Source of the DNA: Peribolospora baueri
Lineage: Eukaryota
Length of the DNA stretch: 64,000 nucleotides
Reading direction: 5' to 3'
Assembly: GCA_029717555.1 (NCBI GenBank)
Contig: JAMDHS010000058.1
Coordinates: 1-64,000, forward strand
The position numbers and the translations under genes were made by a program. Positions 39,742-51,185 of this stretch are shown piece by piece. The stretch's first letter is position 1, and every line of letters starts with the position of its first letter. The notes under the pieces are model-generated. The model was not told the origin of the DNA. It saw nothing but the letters and a program-made list of their open reading frames with translations, and made no database searches.

Positions 39742-40090
39742 GCTTCTGTATGTACATTTCACCCTTTTCCTACCTTGCTACTCGTTAAGCCCAGCCTACA
39801 GTCGTATCGTACTGGTCATGAACATCGCTCCGCCTCGACTGATATATATATATATAAATGGTAGCCTGTATGCAGTGGTTAGGATAGGATGGTACTGACG
39901 ATGCTCCAGCGGGCGTGAGAATCGTTCCCCTCCAGCCTATTATTCAGAGAGCTGCAGGAGGCCCGGGTCCAAGCAACGCGCCGTCCACGTGCGCCTGATC
40001 GACGTGTATCACCATCCGAGCCCCACTGACGACCACCCGGCTCCCTACCATCTCGCAACTCGCTGCATTGCTCTCTTCCCACTCCTCGCC

Positions 40091-43000
40091 ATGTCCTATC
40101 AGTCCCCTACTATTTCAGTTCCTCGCAAAAGGACGGACGAAGTGGACTGGGTCACGCCTGTCCGGGCCATAATCGCCTCCACCTATGGCGAGGACCCGGA
40201 TGCGTACACAGACGAGTGTAACGCGCTGAACAGGTGTAGGCAGGATGCTGCAAAGGGCGCCGGGAGCGATGCTACGGGTGAGTGCATGGTGGAAGGTTGA
40301 AGGTGGAAATCTATACGTTTTCATTTGTCAAGCAACTAGAGTGCTAGCATGCACGGTCTGCCGACATGTGATCGCCTACCTTAGCGATGGATTAGTGATG
40401 ATGTGACCACACAGCAAGGCGTCCAGGATAGTAGAGCTGATTCAATCCCTCTCACTTTGTCGATCTCCATAAAGGCCGAGACCTCTTATACAAGTATTTT
40501 GGCCAGCTTGAAATGCTCGAACTGAGGTTTCCGGACGTTCGAGTGCCCTTCCCTTGGTGAGTACAGCTTATCGTTAGTTGAACAGGCCTGGCGTGTCCGC
40601 TTTCTTCAAGGGCGGATGGCATTGATCCTTTCAATGACAATCCTTTTGCAGGCAAGACGCCTTCACCATGAAGCACATCTCCCAGACTTCGCTCGCCTAC
40701 GAAAAAGCCTCAATTATTTTCAATATCGCCGCCACACTTTCCTCCCTCGCCTCCTCTTCGCCCCGCTCGGTCATTTCTGGCCCGTCATCTGAGGGTCTTA
40801 AACGATCATATACCTCCTTTCGGCAGGCGGCAGGCATGTTCAATTACATCAACGACAACTTTCTTCACGCGCCGTCGACGGACATGAGTAGGGAGGTGGT
40901 GAAGTGCCTCGTTGGGATTATGATCGCGCAGGCGAGTGAGGTGTTTTGGGAGAAAACGGTAGAGGAGAAGAAGGCGAATACGCTCGTTAGCCGGCTGGCG
41001 GCGCAGACGGGTGCTAGCTATACGACGCTCAGCGAGGACGTCAAGGAATGGGTCACCAAAGGCGTGTTTGACCGGCAATGGTCTTCCCTCGTTCAAGTAG
41101 GTTGACATTGATAATTTGGCCCCACCAGCAGCCTAGCATTTATTCATTATCTATTTGCACCTCCTGTGTTGTCACATCTCTAGGTCAAGTCCAAGTACTT
41201 CAACTCTGTCGCCCAGTACCACCGCGCTCTGGCGGATGATGCTGCCGGTTTGCACGGCCATTGCTTGGTGCGGCTCACCTTGGCAGAGGCATCTGCCAAG
41301 GAGGCCCAGCGGCTTGCGTCCACGTTCGCTTCGTCGTTTGTTGCAACGTCACATCCAACCTTACCATCCGATGCCGGCCCATCCATGCTGGAGATCGCAA
41401 AGGCGCATTTCGCCCTTGTGTCTGAGCGGAAGGCGCAAGCGGTTAAGGACAATGATCTGATTTACCACGACATTCTCCCATCAGAGAGTACACTGCCTCC
41501 GATCGACAAACTCGTCGCCGCGACGCCCATTCCCATCCAAGACATTTACGGCGCCCCAGAGGTTCAGAAGATCATTGGAGCAGACCTGTTCCACCGCCTC
41601 GTCCCTCTGTCCGTCCATGAGAGTGCATCGCTGTACTCTGAGGAGAAGGCCAAACTCGTCCGTGCCGAGGCGGAGAAGACCGATTTGGCGAATACTGAGC
41701 TAGCCGCCGCGCTCGACTACATGGGTCTACCATCAAGTCTGAACAAGTTTAGGAGCATGGCAGACGGTGATGGCGGTGCTCTGGACTCTCTGGCGGATCC
41801 TGGCCGCGAGGTCCTTGAATGGGCCGAGGAAGAGAAGCGCGGTGGTGGCGGAGGGTCGGCTGATGGCCTCGGAGTGGGCGGCGTACCGAGCGCTTTGGAT
41901 CGGATTGAGAAACTGAAGAGTGGCGCTGGTGAGACGTTTGATGCCATTTCTCGCGAGCTTGAAGGAGAGTCTAGGGAATGCGAACAAATGAGGGTAAGAT
42001 TTATCTTCGTCTCTTCTTGAAACTCGCCACGAACTTACAAGCTCACCTGCTGCACATCGTTTCCCACTTTTTTTTTTTTTTCTTTTTTTTAACTGTTTAT
42101 TTTTATTACGCTCCTCTGCTCAGGTCAAATATGGTCACCGCTGGACACAGGAACCCTCGGCGGTGCTCACCAGGGGGTTCCGTCAGGAGCTCAAATCGCA
42201 TCGTGAGGCACTCGGGAAGGCGTCGTCGTCAGACGCCAACATTGTAGCACTCTGGACGACTATCCGACCAGACGTCGAGATCCTTCTGGGCGGGCGGGAT
42301 TCCCTGGAGGCTGCGTTCGCCGCTGCCATCGCCGGCGCGCGGAGCAGCACAAGCGCGAGCGAAAAGCGGGACAAGAGGCAGAGCCTGCTGGACTTGGACG
42401 ACGCCGATGATCAGCAGAACCAGAAGGATGCAGAGGAAGCGAGGGTGCTCATCAAAGAGATGGACGAGTTATTAGGAAGGCTTCATAAAATCAAGAAGGA
42501 ACGGGCGGACGTCTTGAAGGACCTGAAGGAGAAGGTGAACTCTGTCGCGAGTCGATTGATCCATTTGGTCCGCAGCTGAATTTTCACTCCCCCACGCAGA
42601 TTCAAACGGACGACATCTCGCACCTGCTCATTTTGAATCGCCGTGCGCAAAACGTAGAGCCCGCCATTTTTGCGGCAGAGCTTGAGAAGTTCCGTCCCCA
42701 CCAAAGCCGTCTGGCCGCCACCGCTCACCATCAGCAGGCCACGCTTCAAGAAGTCGCGGCGAAGTTTAAGGCGCTGACTGAGAGCGATCGGGCGCGGGAT
42801 CTCCAAGTGCGCTGGGGACAGGCTGAGAAGGCGAGGAAGGAGCTCATCGCCCGATTGAGGAGGGCAAAAGAGGGGCACGCTGAGGTCAGGGCCGGTGTCA
42901 GCCGGGGTCTCCAATTCTACACGGACCTTAACGAGCTGGCCCAGGGTTTGCAAAGGAACGTTACTAGCTTCACCGCCAACCGCTCACGGGAGAGAGATGA

Positions 43001-43883
43001 ACTTGTGTCATCGGTCGAGCTCGAGCAGCGTTTGTCGAGCCCAGCCCCACAAGTTTCATCTCCGCAGACCCCTTCTTCGCCACCAGTTCCGCCACCACCC
43101 TCATCGATGGGTTTAGAAAGCTCATTTGCAAATCTGGGTCTGGGAGGTGGTCCGCATTCTTCCGGTTCCCTTCCGCCGCCTCCGCCACAAGGCCAATGGT
43201 CGAAGCAACCTTCGTACGGGTCTCCAGTACCCTCTTACCTTGCTCCCACATCCTCTCCGTACCCGCAAAACCCGTCTTCACCCCCTTCGGTACCGGCTCC
43301 GCAGACGAGCGCGCCGCACCAGCTGCCTCCTCAGCAGGCCTACGGCGCGTCATCTTCTGCACTTCAAGGCCGTCCCACATCGCAAGGCCAATGGCCGCCG
43401 CAACCTTCTTGCGGTTCTTCAGCCCCCTCTTACCCGGTTGTCCCGTCTCCGTACTCGCAAGGCCCATCCTCGCCGCCGCAGCACTACCCGCTACGTCCAG
43501 AGCAGTTGTACGGTGGGGCGCCTTCCACTGTTCCTGGTCCTTCTGCGTATTATGGACAACATCCTCTGCCGTCCCCTTCGACGACCTCGACGCCCGCCCT
43601 TCCACCTAAGCCGCCCCAGCATATGCCTTCTGCCCCACCTCCTCCTTCCGCATTCACACAGCAGTACCAACTGCCACCTCAGCGGACTCCTGGCATGGCC
43701 CCGTATGGTCATTCAAGTCCACCTGCGCCGTATGAACAAAGCCATATGTCGCCCACTTCGACGGCCACGACGCCTGCCCCTCTATCCCGGCCACCACAGA
43801 ACATGGGCTCTCTCCCCCCACCTCCCACATTCACGCAGCACTACCAGCTGCCTCCCCACCAGACTTATGGCGCGCCTCCATAA
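40091..43883 (+). CDS. BRO1: BRO1/ALIX-family ESCRT accessory protein (Bro1 domain, V domain, Pro-rich tail)
   Basis: [97 protein letters not shown]. Confidence 0.92.
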
Positions 43884-44991
43884 GGTCATCATTCTTCTTC
43901 TTTCCGTGCCGGTGCTTCTTCTGAAGATCCCGTGGAGTCGAGTGGAGATATGACGCATCATATACCTTAGCCATATGATAGGCTGGGCTGGAGCCGATCG
44001 TTCGGGACAATGATTGTCTGGTTACTTACCTTCTTTTTAGCCCTCCGGTCCGGTTCATCCTCGACGGACGAGAATTCCTTCGGGTGGAACTGGCGGAGAT
44101 GAGAGAGAGGAATATGTCGTTGTCAGAAGCGTAACCTCATGGTATGACGAACAGCGGCAGGTTATTCTGTGTTGTCATTCGAGAGAGAACCTGTGACACG
44201 ATGGCATTGGTAGACTCACGTCTGGTATCGGACCAACGGGCAGCCTGAAGAGCTGAGTAAGCGAACTCGGGTCGAAGGGGTGGAACGTGACTGGTTGCTT
44301 TTCTTGCGCCCATACTAGGTCTCGAACGTAATGAGATTTGTCGAAAGGCGTCCTTCCTGTGTGCGTGAATTGTATGGAGGTGAGATAACGAGCCATTATC
44401 GTAGTCAGGCGTTCGAAAGCCCTAACCATCCAACTACGCTCACCAGGCAGGTCCTTGATGTGATGGAGGAGAGTTTTCTCCAGTTTTCTCCGCCTCTTCT
44501 TCTTATCCGGCTCTCGTGCCGTGTTCGGCTTCCCTTCGTCTTCTTTCCCCTTGGCGTCTCCTTCTATATTGGCCACTCCATCCCCGTCACCCGCCTGGTC
44601 GGCTGTCTGAGCCTGGGCTTGCTGAGGTTTATCCTCAAATTCCGGCACAGGCAAACCGGCAGCTTCGAGAATGGAAGGTTTGAGGTAAGGTCGAACGAGA
44701 CGGTCGTAAAGAGGAAGGACGTCAAAGGTGGTTAGGAGATCTTGCGCGCCATGGAGATACGGCGGAGACGGAAAAGGGCCTGAAGGGTCGTAGAGCATTA
44801 TTTGAAGTGCGGAGAACAGTCGAACCAAAGGTCAACGAGGCGAGGAACAAGGATCTCCACAGAGTAATACTACAACAGAAGATGATGAAAGTGCCATTCT
44901 CACCAGGCACGAATGGATAGAAAGATGCCGCTCCCTCGTTGCCAGTATGTGTTGCCAGCGCCGTGACGGAGGAGGAAGCGGTCTCATCCAT
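43831..44991 (-). CDS. MED19: Mediator complex subunit 19 (Rox3), 5 exons
   Basis: YLHGAQDLLTTFDVLPLYDRLVRPY...KLEKTLLHHIKDLPGR matches Rox3/Med19. Terminal exons give a Lys-rich tail RRAKKK|KKHRHGKKK. The last exon 43920..43831 is inferred from a GTAAGT donor (44029) and a CAG acceptor (43921). Confidence 0.82.
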
Positions 44992-46121
44992 GACAGTAAG
45001 TGCAGACCGTCGCGACGCGGTTGAATTGGATGTGTGTTGGTGGGAGACGACGTGACCCGCGCCTCCATGCCGCAGCACCAAGACCAGCGCGCCCCCTTGC
45101 TGATCTCATAATACACGCTCTGCTTCGAATGCCACGCCGGTGCCGCTCATCCTGTGCTGTAGGGCGCGCGACTTCCTGTGCACCTTTGTGCCTATCTGAC
45201 AAGGACGCGAGCTGAAGCTTGATTACTAGCCGTGCGAAGGAGGGGTGGCCGTCGACCATCTGAGATGTATATGGTCCTTTGGATGACGCACGTTTTCGGG
45301 TTCAGCAGCGATCAGAGCGCGCCCGGAGCAAAAGCTCTAGCGCTTTCAAACCCCCTTCCTCACCCTTTCCTTCCCCCAGGAAATCAAGTGTTCTCCCCAA
45401 GCGCTCTCCTGAGCGCCTTTTCTGTACCTTTTATTAACAGGGCAGCCGCGCCTTGTGTAAACGTACTAGCGATACTCTATATGTCATGTCCTTAGGGCGC
45501 TTGTGTGCTCCACCGTTTGTTCCCGTCCGCCTCGTCTCTTCCGCTGGTCTTCCCCCTCGATCAGGCACCGTGAGGCTCGGGAAGGTGATGTTTACCTACA
45601 GACTCGACGTCGATAGGTCGCCGAAAGGGCTAGAGGGAGCGGGCGGCACACACGGTGATTCACCAATTAATACCTCCCAGACAGGCGTGTGAGTCTAGAC
45701 TTGCCGACGGCACAAGCGTGTGTGATGAGCTCGCTCGCTTGCGGTACGCCGAGCTCGGAGGCAAGACGGGTGGGAATTTCTAGATTCATCAAAAGGGTTG
45801 ATGACACGGGGACGTTCGCTGTCCAAGGATAGCTTTGTTGCCCTCCTCCTTCCCACCATCGCTCTCGTCACCACCATCTTCGATCCCGCCTTCCGCGGCA
45901 ACCACGCTCCCTTGTCCCCACCTACCACTCTCCCTCTCCCCTTTCAAACCCTCGCTCGGCAGGCACCGCTGCGGCATTGCGCCAACCGACGACTTACCGC
46001 CCTTCCCCACGCCGGTCACTCTCTCGCCAGCGACGTCTTCGCGGCAGCTTCCATTCGTCGTCCTCTCGGACGTCTTGGACGTCACCCTCGCTTCCTTCCA
46101 GACCCTCTGTTTTTCCTAGCT

Positions 46122-49092
46122 ATGCCCCTCTTCAGGAAGAGGTCCAAGCAGACCGCGCCGGACAAGGCGCCCAGCCTTCCGCAGATCGAACCAACCGACC
46201 CGTTCCTCTTCGCCGGCCACCGCGGTCGCTATCGTTCCCTCGACGGCCGCTGGAACGCCTACGACGATGGCGACGATCTCGGTGACGGTTTTCGAGCTGT
46301 CTCGGTGCGCGACCCAGCCAGCGAGGCGGGCCACGGAGAGCCGACATCTGAACTCGCCCGCGTGGGCAGCCCCATCGGCCATGCCATCCCCTACCATCGC
46401 CCTTGGACGCGCAATAGCCCTTCGGATAGGCCTTCTACCTCTCCCCTTGTCGACAAGCCGTTCGCAAACGGTGATCATGGCGCCTTTGCGTCCATCAGAG
46501 TATCGCCAACTCCCTCGCGCCGCGACAGGATCTCGGCTAACCCCCCCTCATCCTATCACCCTATGCCTGATGGTGCTCAACGTCCCTCCCATCCCTTCGC
46601 CGTGTCCAACTCTCCCTTCCTTCATACGTCGCCGTCACGCCCCATTTCGAGCGTTTCTACACACTCAGCTGGCAGGGCTCGCAATGTAACAAGGAAGAGC
46701 CGGATCGCCCCTAGCTTGAACATCATTGTTGCTGGCGGCAAGGGTCTGGGCAAGACGAGCTGGGTCCGGACGTTTCTCAGCACAATTCAGCCTGCACCTG
46801 GAATTAGCACCGAGGCTCACAACAGTTCGTTTTTTTTTGGCTCACGAACGTGGTTACATGCTGAACTGGCCTTGTTCTTTTTTCCCACACTCCAGCTCTT
46901 CAAACCTTTGGCCTTCGCCCTCACACCGCTGTCGATGTTTCCGGTGACCCCTCTGCAAGTCTCGGCCTTCGCCGCACTAAGACGGTCTCGTACTTGCCCC
47001 CGACCGAGGTTTGTGACACCGATGGGAAGCGAGTCCAGTTGTCCATCATCGACACGCCTGGCCTCGACTTTTCACTTGGCGACGGAATTGAAATCCAAAG
47101 GTCCGTCAGACAACTCGAAGGAGAGGTGGAAATGCGCTATTTAGCCACTCTCGAGGAGGTGAGCTTGCGCGTGGCCCGAATGAAGATCGCCGTGCGGACG
47201 TGCGTTTTGGGGCTCAACGACTGATCCTTGTTTCCCCTGAATATATTTTCAGGAGAACAAGTTGACTCGAATGCCAACCTCAGCAGCGGACCCGCATATC
47301 CACGTCCTCCTCTACTTCATCGATCCGCTCTCGATCTTGCAGCGGTCCTCTGCTCGCCCGGATCATCAGGCTCGAGGTCGACGGCAGAGCCAACTGTTGA
47401 GACGCAGTCAGTCCATGGGACGTCTCAGCTATGGAGCTCTGTCGCCAGACATCGTCCAGCTAGGAGAGCGAGGGAAACGTCTGTCTAGCAATGTGCGAGG
47501 AAGTAAAGAAGAAGGCGAACTCTCAAAAGGAGCCTCTTCGCTGTTTGCGACCCCCTCTGACCTCAAAGAAGAGATCTCGTCCGACGAAGAGGAGGACGCC
47601 ACTACGTCTCCGCCTCTCAGCATTCACCCCTCCGATCTCCGCGTTCTCGTCCGACTTAGCGAGCTCACTAACGTCATCCCTATTGTGGCGAAGAGCGACC
47701 TTCTCACAGTTCATCAGCTGGAAGACGTCAAGCAAGCTGTGAAGGAGGGCCTGCAGAGCCAGGGTCTGGGCCTAGGAGTTTTCAGCCTAAGGGAGGAGGA
47801 GGATGCAGACGCTGATATCGAGGGTCGGCGTCGTCGGCGCAAGGCGCGCGGCGACGTAGCCAGTCCAGAACGTGAGCGGGCCGGCACTCGCAACCTGCGC
47901 ATCCAGGACCCCGCTCGAGACGCAGTGGAAGGAGAGGATCCGGCCCCTGAGGAGGAGGAAGGAGTCAAGATCATCAAGGTTCGCCCTCGTCGCTCCTTCT
48001 CCGATATCCGACGCCCGCGCACACCGTCTTCGGCGGAAGGACCGGCTGTACCCCTTCCTCATAGCGTCACCTTTCCCCAGACTCTCAGCCCGACCACATC
48101 AGATGAAGGATTTCTCTCCGACGACAAAGCCGGACTTGAGATGATGACAAGGGCCGCCGGTAACGACTCATTGCGAGCCCTCACCTCCTCCTTCTCCTCG
48201 CAATCTCGCACGGAGTCTTCGCGTCACGAAGCTTTGTTGCCATTCGTTACCGCATCGTCGTTGTCCCCGGCTGCCCTCGCAGAGCTTTTCCCTTTTGCGC
48301 TCATCGCTCCTGAGCCAGAGCCGATGCGCAAGCCCGCTCCACGGCCAAGCCCTCGCCGTCTCGCTGACGCGCCTCCTGTGCCCGCGCTGCCTGAGGAACT
48401 GGCCCTCCAGAACGAGCGAGTTCGCGAGAAGCGCGGTATGAGCGTGAGCAGCGAGAAACCCGACGTCCCGGAAGCCGACTTGCAGGTGGTTGAAGCTACG
48501 CCGGAGGAGGGACTTGTACAGGAACCTGCCGAGTCTGTTCGGGCGGACTCTCCCACGCTGATGAGTCCGTCAGGGACTTCGAAAGAGCTCCACGATGGCC
48601 CACACGCGTCACCGTCTGAGGCGGGTGCCCATCCTATCGCCGAGGTGGACAAGCAAGAAACCAAGCACGACCTTGCGGCGAAGGAACCTGGAAAGTCGCC
48701 TGATTTGCGCAAATTTGAAAGGCGATACCGCTGGGGGAATATCAATGTGCTCGATCCGGGGCACTGCGATTTCACGGCGTTAAGGAACGCGCTCCTGAGG
48801 AGTCATTTGCAGGTAAGTAGTTCACCGCCTTGGACTCTCTAAGTGAGAAACCTCAGCCTTGCTGACGTGTCTTCCTTTGTGAAGACCTTGAAAGAGTCGA
48901 CGAAAGCTCATTACGAGCGCTATCGGACGAAAAAGCTTCACGCACGACGAGCAACGAAAGAAAGTGAGTGCCTGGCCCGTTCCTGATTGTCGTCCACGTT
49001 TGTTACGCCCTTCCCCTGATGGTACATATTCGCCGCATACAGTCACACAAGAGCAGGCGCAAAAACTTCTCCAGGACCTCGCCCTCATCTGA
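46122..49092 (+). CDS. Atypical septin-family GTPase with long N-terminal extension and large insertions
   Basis: G1 LNIIVAGGKGLGKTS; G3 LSIIDTPG; DPHIHVLLYFIDP; G4 NVIPIVAKSD; septin unique element RRYRWGNINVLDPGHCDFTALRNALL; HYERYRTKKL. Confidence 0.85.
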
Positions 49093-49196
49093 ATCTCTAG
49101 TGGCCCGTAGCCCTCGGCGAGCTTTCACCCGTTTCCGTTGAGCGAGGGCCATTTCGTTCCGCTCTCTTTCCGACTATTTGGCCTTCTACGTCGTCT

Positions 49197-50775
49197 CTTT
49201 GACACGAGCCGGCTCGTGTCCTTCGCCTCGTTTCGGGCACACGGTTTGCTTCCTTCTTTGTCTTTTCACTGCCATGCCTTTCCTTCCTGCTCCCGCCGCC
49301 AGCTTGCCTCTCCCGATCTTGCCCTCTTTTTTTTGCCCACCTGCCTGGCTCACCCTTGGTCTGCTATACCCTTTTTTACCTACCGGGCGTTGATGCTTCT
49401 TTCGCTTTCTTCTTGATTACAATTTGGCACCTCTACTTAGCCGCTAAGCCTTCCTCCCTGAAGTGGACGTTCAATGTTGCAACCCAAGGTTCTCCGAGGG
49501 TAATTTTACCTTGGGGTAAGGAATCTATGCAAAAATAAAAATAAAAAAAAAAGACTAGCTCCCTCCCTACTGACTGCTCGTATCTGAAGTAACATCTGAC
49601 CAAGCTCAAGTTCCAGCAGACCAGTATGGATTCTTCCTACCGGACAAAACCAAAGCCAAAACCAAAACACAACATCTTTTTGGGAGGGGGGAGCCGTCGG
49701 AGTTAGGCGGGGATTGGAAATGGGAGGGAGCCGCCGAAGGTAGGCGGGGATTGCAGTGGCTCCCTCCCATTTGCAATCCCCCCCTAACTCCGACAACCCC
49801 CCTCCCCCCACTCATGCTTCCCCCCTCCCATTTCCAATCACGCAATCCCCGCCTAACTCCGACGGCCCCCCCCCCAACACCAACCCCACCGACACAGTAC
49901 ACCTAACCCTACCTTTTTTTATCCTTTTTACCCTTTTTTTTTTTTTTTTTTATTACCGTCACCTCCAAATGTGAGTACCGTTCACTCTCTGTGACTACGC
50001 AAATGCCATGGACAAGTGCAAAATCCACTCTCCTTCAAAATAAATATCATGACAGGCAGTGTTCCAACTACATATTCCCATCTGCGTATCATCTGTTCTG
50101 CCAAAGTTGCTGATTTTGTGCACACCTGCGCTCGACAACGAAATAAAGTCAACCGATAAGATATCCATCCACAGCTGTTTGCGTAAAGCCGGGCTTGTCC
50201 TTTTCATAAAATCGTTTGCACCCTAAGAATGATGACTGGCACAGTCTTTAAAATTTTTGAACTCATCGGATGGGCATGACATATTTATCCTGGCCTGAAA
50301 AAAGAACTGTCGTCCTCCTTTCGCTAGGAAATGGCGGCATGGTCACCGGCCGAATCGCTGAAGTGAAAGAAAAAAAATAATATATGCGCATAAACGCGGA
50401 AGTTGGAGATTCCTTTGTAAACTGAGTTTGGCCTGACTTTGACTCTGTGAAGAACAAGCTAGATTTCCCAATTCCTACCCTAAGCATACATGGTCTTGAG
50501 TGCGACATTGGAGGCGGCAGGAGAGACGGGCTACTTAACCGTTATCAAGCAGAAAATCAAAGAGTGTCTTTGCACAATAGGTATGAAAGGGTATAGCAGA
50601 CCGAGGGTGAACCAGGCAATGCCGCGGGCGAAGAAGTGTAAGACTGGAGGAGGCAAGCTAAGAGTGCGAGGTAGGACGGCAAAGGCAGGGCCTAGCAGAC
50701 AATGAAAAAGACAAACGAGCGAGCCGTGTGACCGACCGACATGGGGCAACGGATACGAGCCGGCTCATGTCAAAG
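49197..50775. repeat. Diverged inverted repeat pair (arms ~49197-49524 and ~50471-50775) around an AT-richer spacer
   Basis: Colinear matching blocks in opposite orientation, e.g. 37/41 identity between 49342-49382 and the reverse complement of 50579-50619, and CTTTGACAYGAGCCGGCTCGTRTCC at both outer ends. Confidence 0.85.
49682..49875. repeat. Nested direct + inverted repeats of a ~40-bp G-rich unit (hairpin/cruciform-capable)
   Basis: GCCGTCGGAGTTAGGCGGGGATTG (49693-49716) has a perfect reverse complement at 49843-49866. A second inverted copy lies at 49758-49805 and a direct copy at 49722-49757. Confidence 0.9.
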
Positions 50776-51185
50776 CAAGTTGTAAGTCGAGTGCTTGATG
50801 TCGTTGAGGAAGGTACCAGCCCGGGCTGCCATGCTCTGCATCTTCTCCTGTCCCTTCCCTCGTCCGTCGGGCTACCACTGGGCGGCGGCGGCTTGGGCGA
50901 TCGTCGAAGGCGTTGATTGATTGATTTCCGATCGAGGGGGGAGGGGCAAGCGCTCCGTGCTCAGCCCAATGGGTGACTAGAATACGCAAGGGTGCGCCTG
51001 GGTATGAGCCGCAAGGACAGGCGGTGGAGGAGGCGTTAGAGAGGGTAGATGGGTGGAAGTAGACCGGTTGAGGTGGGAGGGTAAAGGTAAGGGTGTAAGG
51101 GAGATGTGGTCGTCAGAGGCAGCTGGGGCGTGCGGCGCGGGGGGGAGATAAGCCCTAGGGAGTAGTCGTCCTCGCTCGGGGGTTG

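Noticed and set aside
40395..40440. GTGATGA...CTGA in BRO1 intron 1 as a C/D snoRNA
   Set aside because: Only ~46 nt, and the CTGA is better explained as the intron branch point.
26427..49092. Functional cluster of trafficking genes (CDF, CIN1, Yip1, BRO1, septin)
   Set aside because: Broad category with many genes per genome; adjacency is plausibly chance without synteny or co-expression data.
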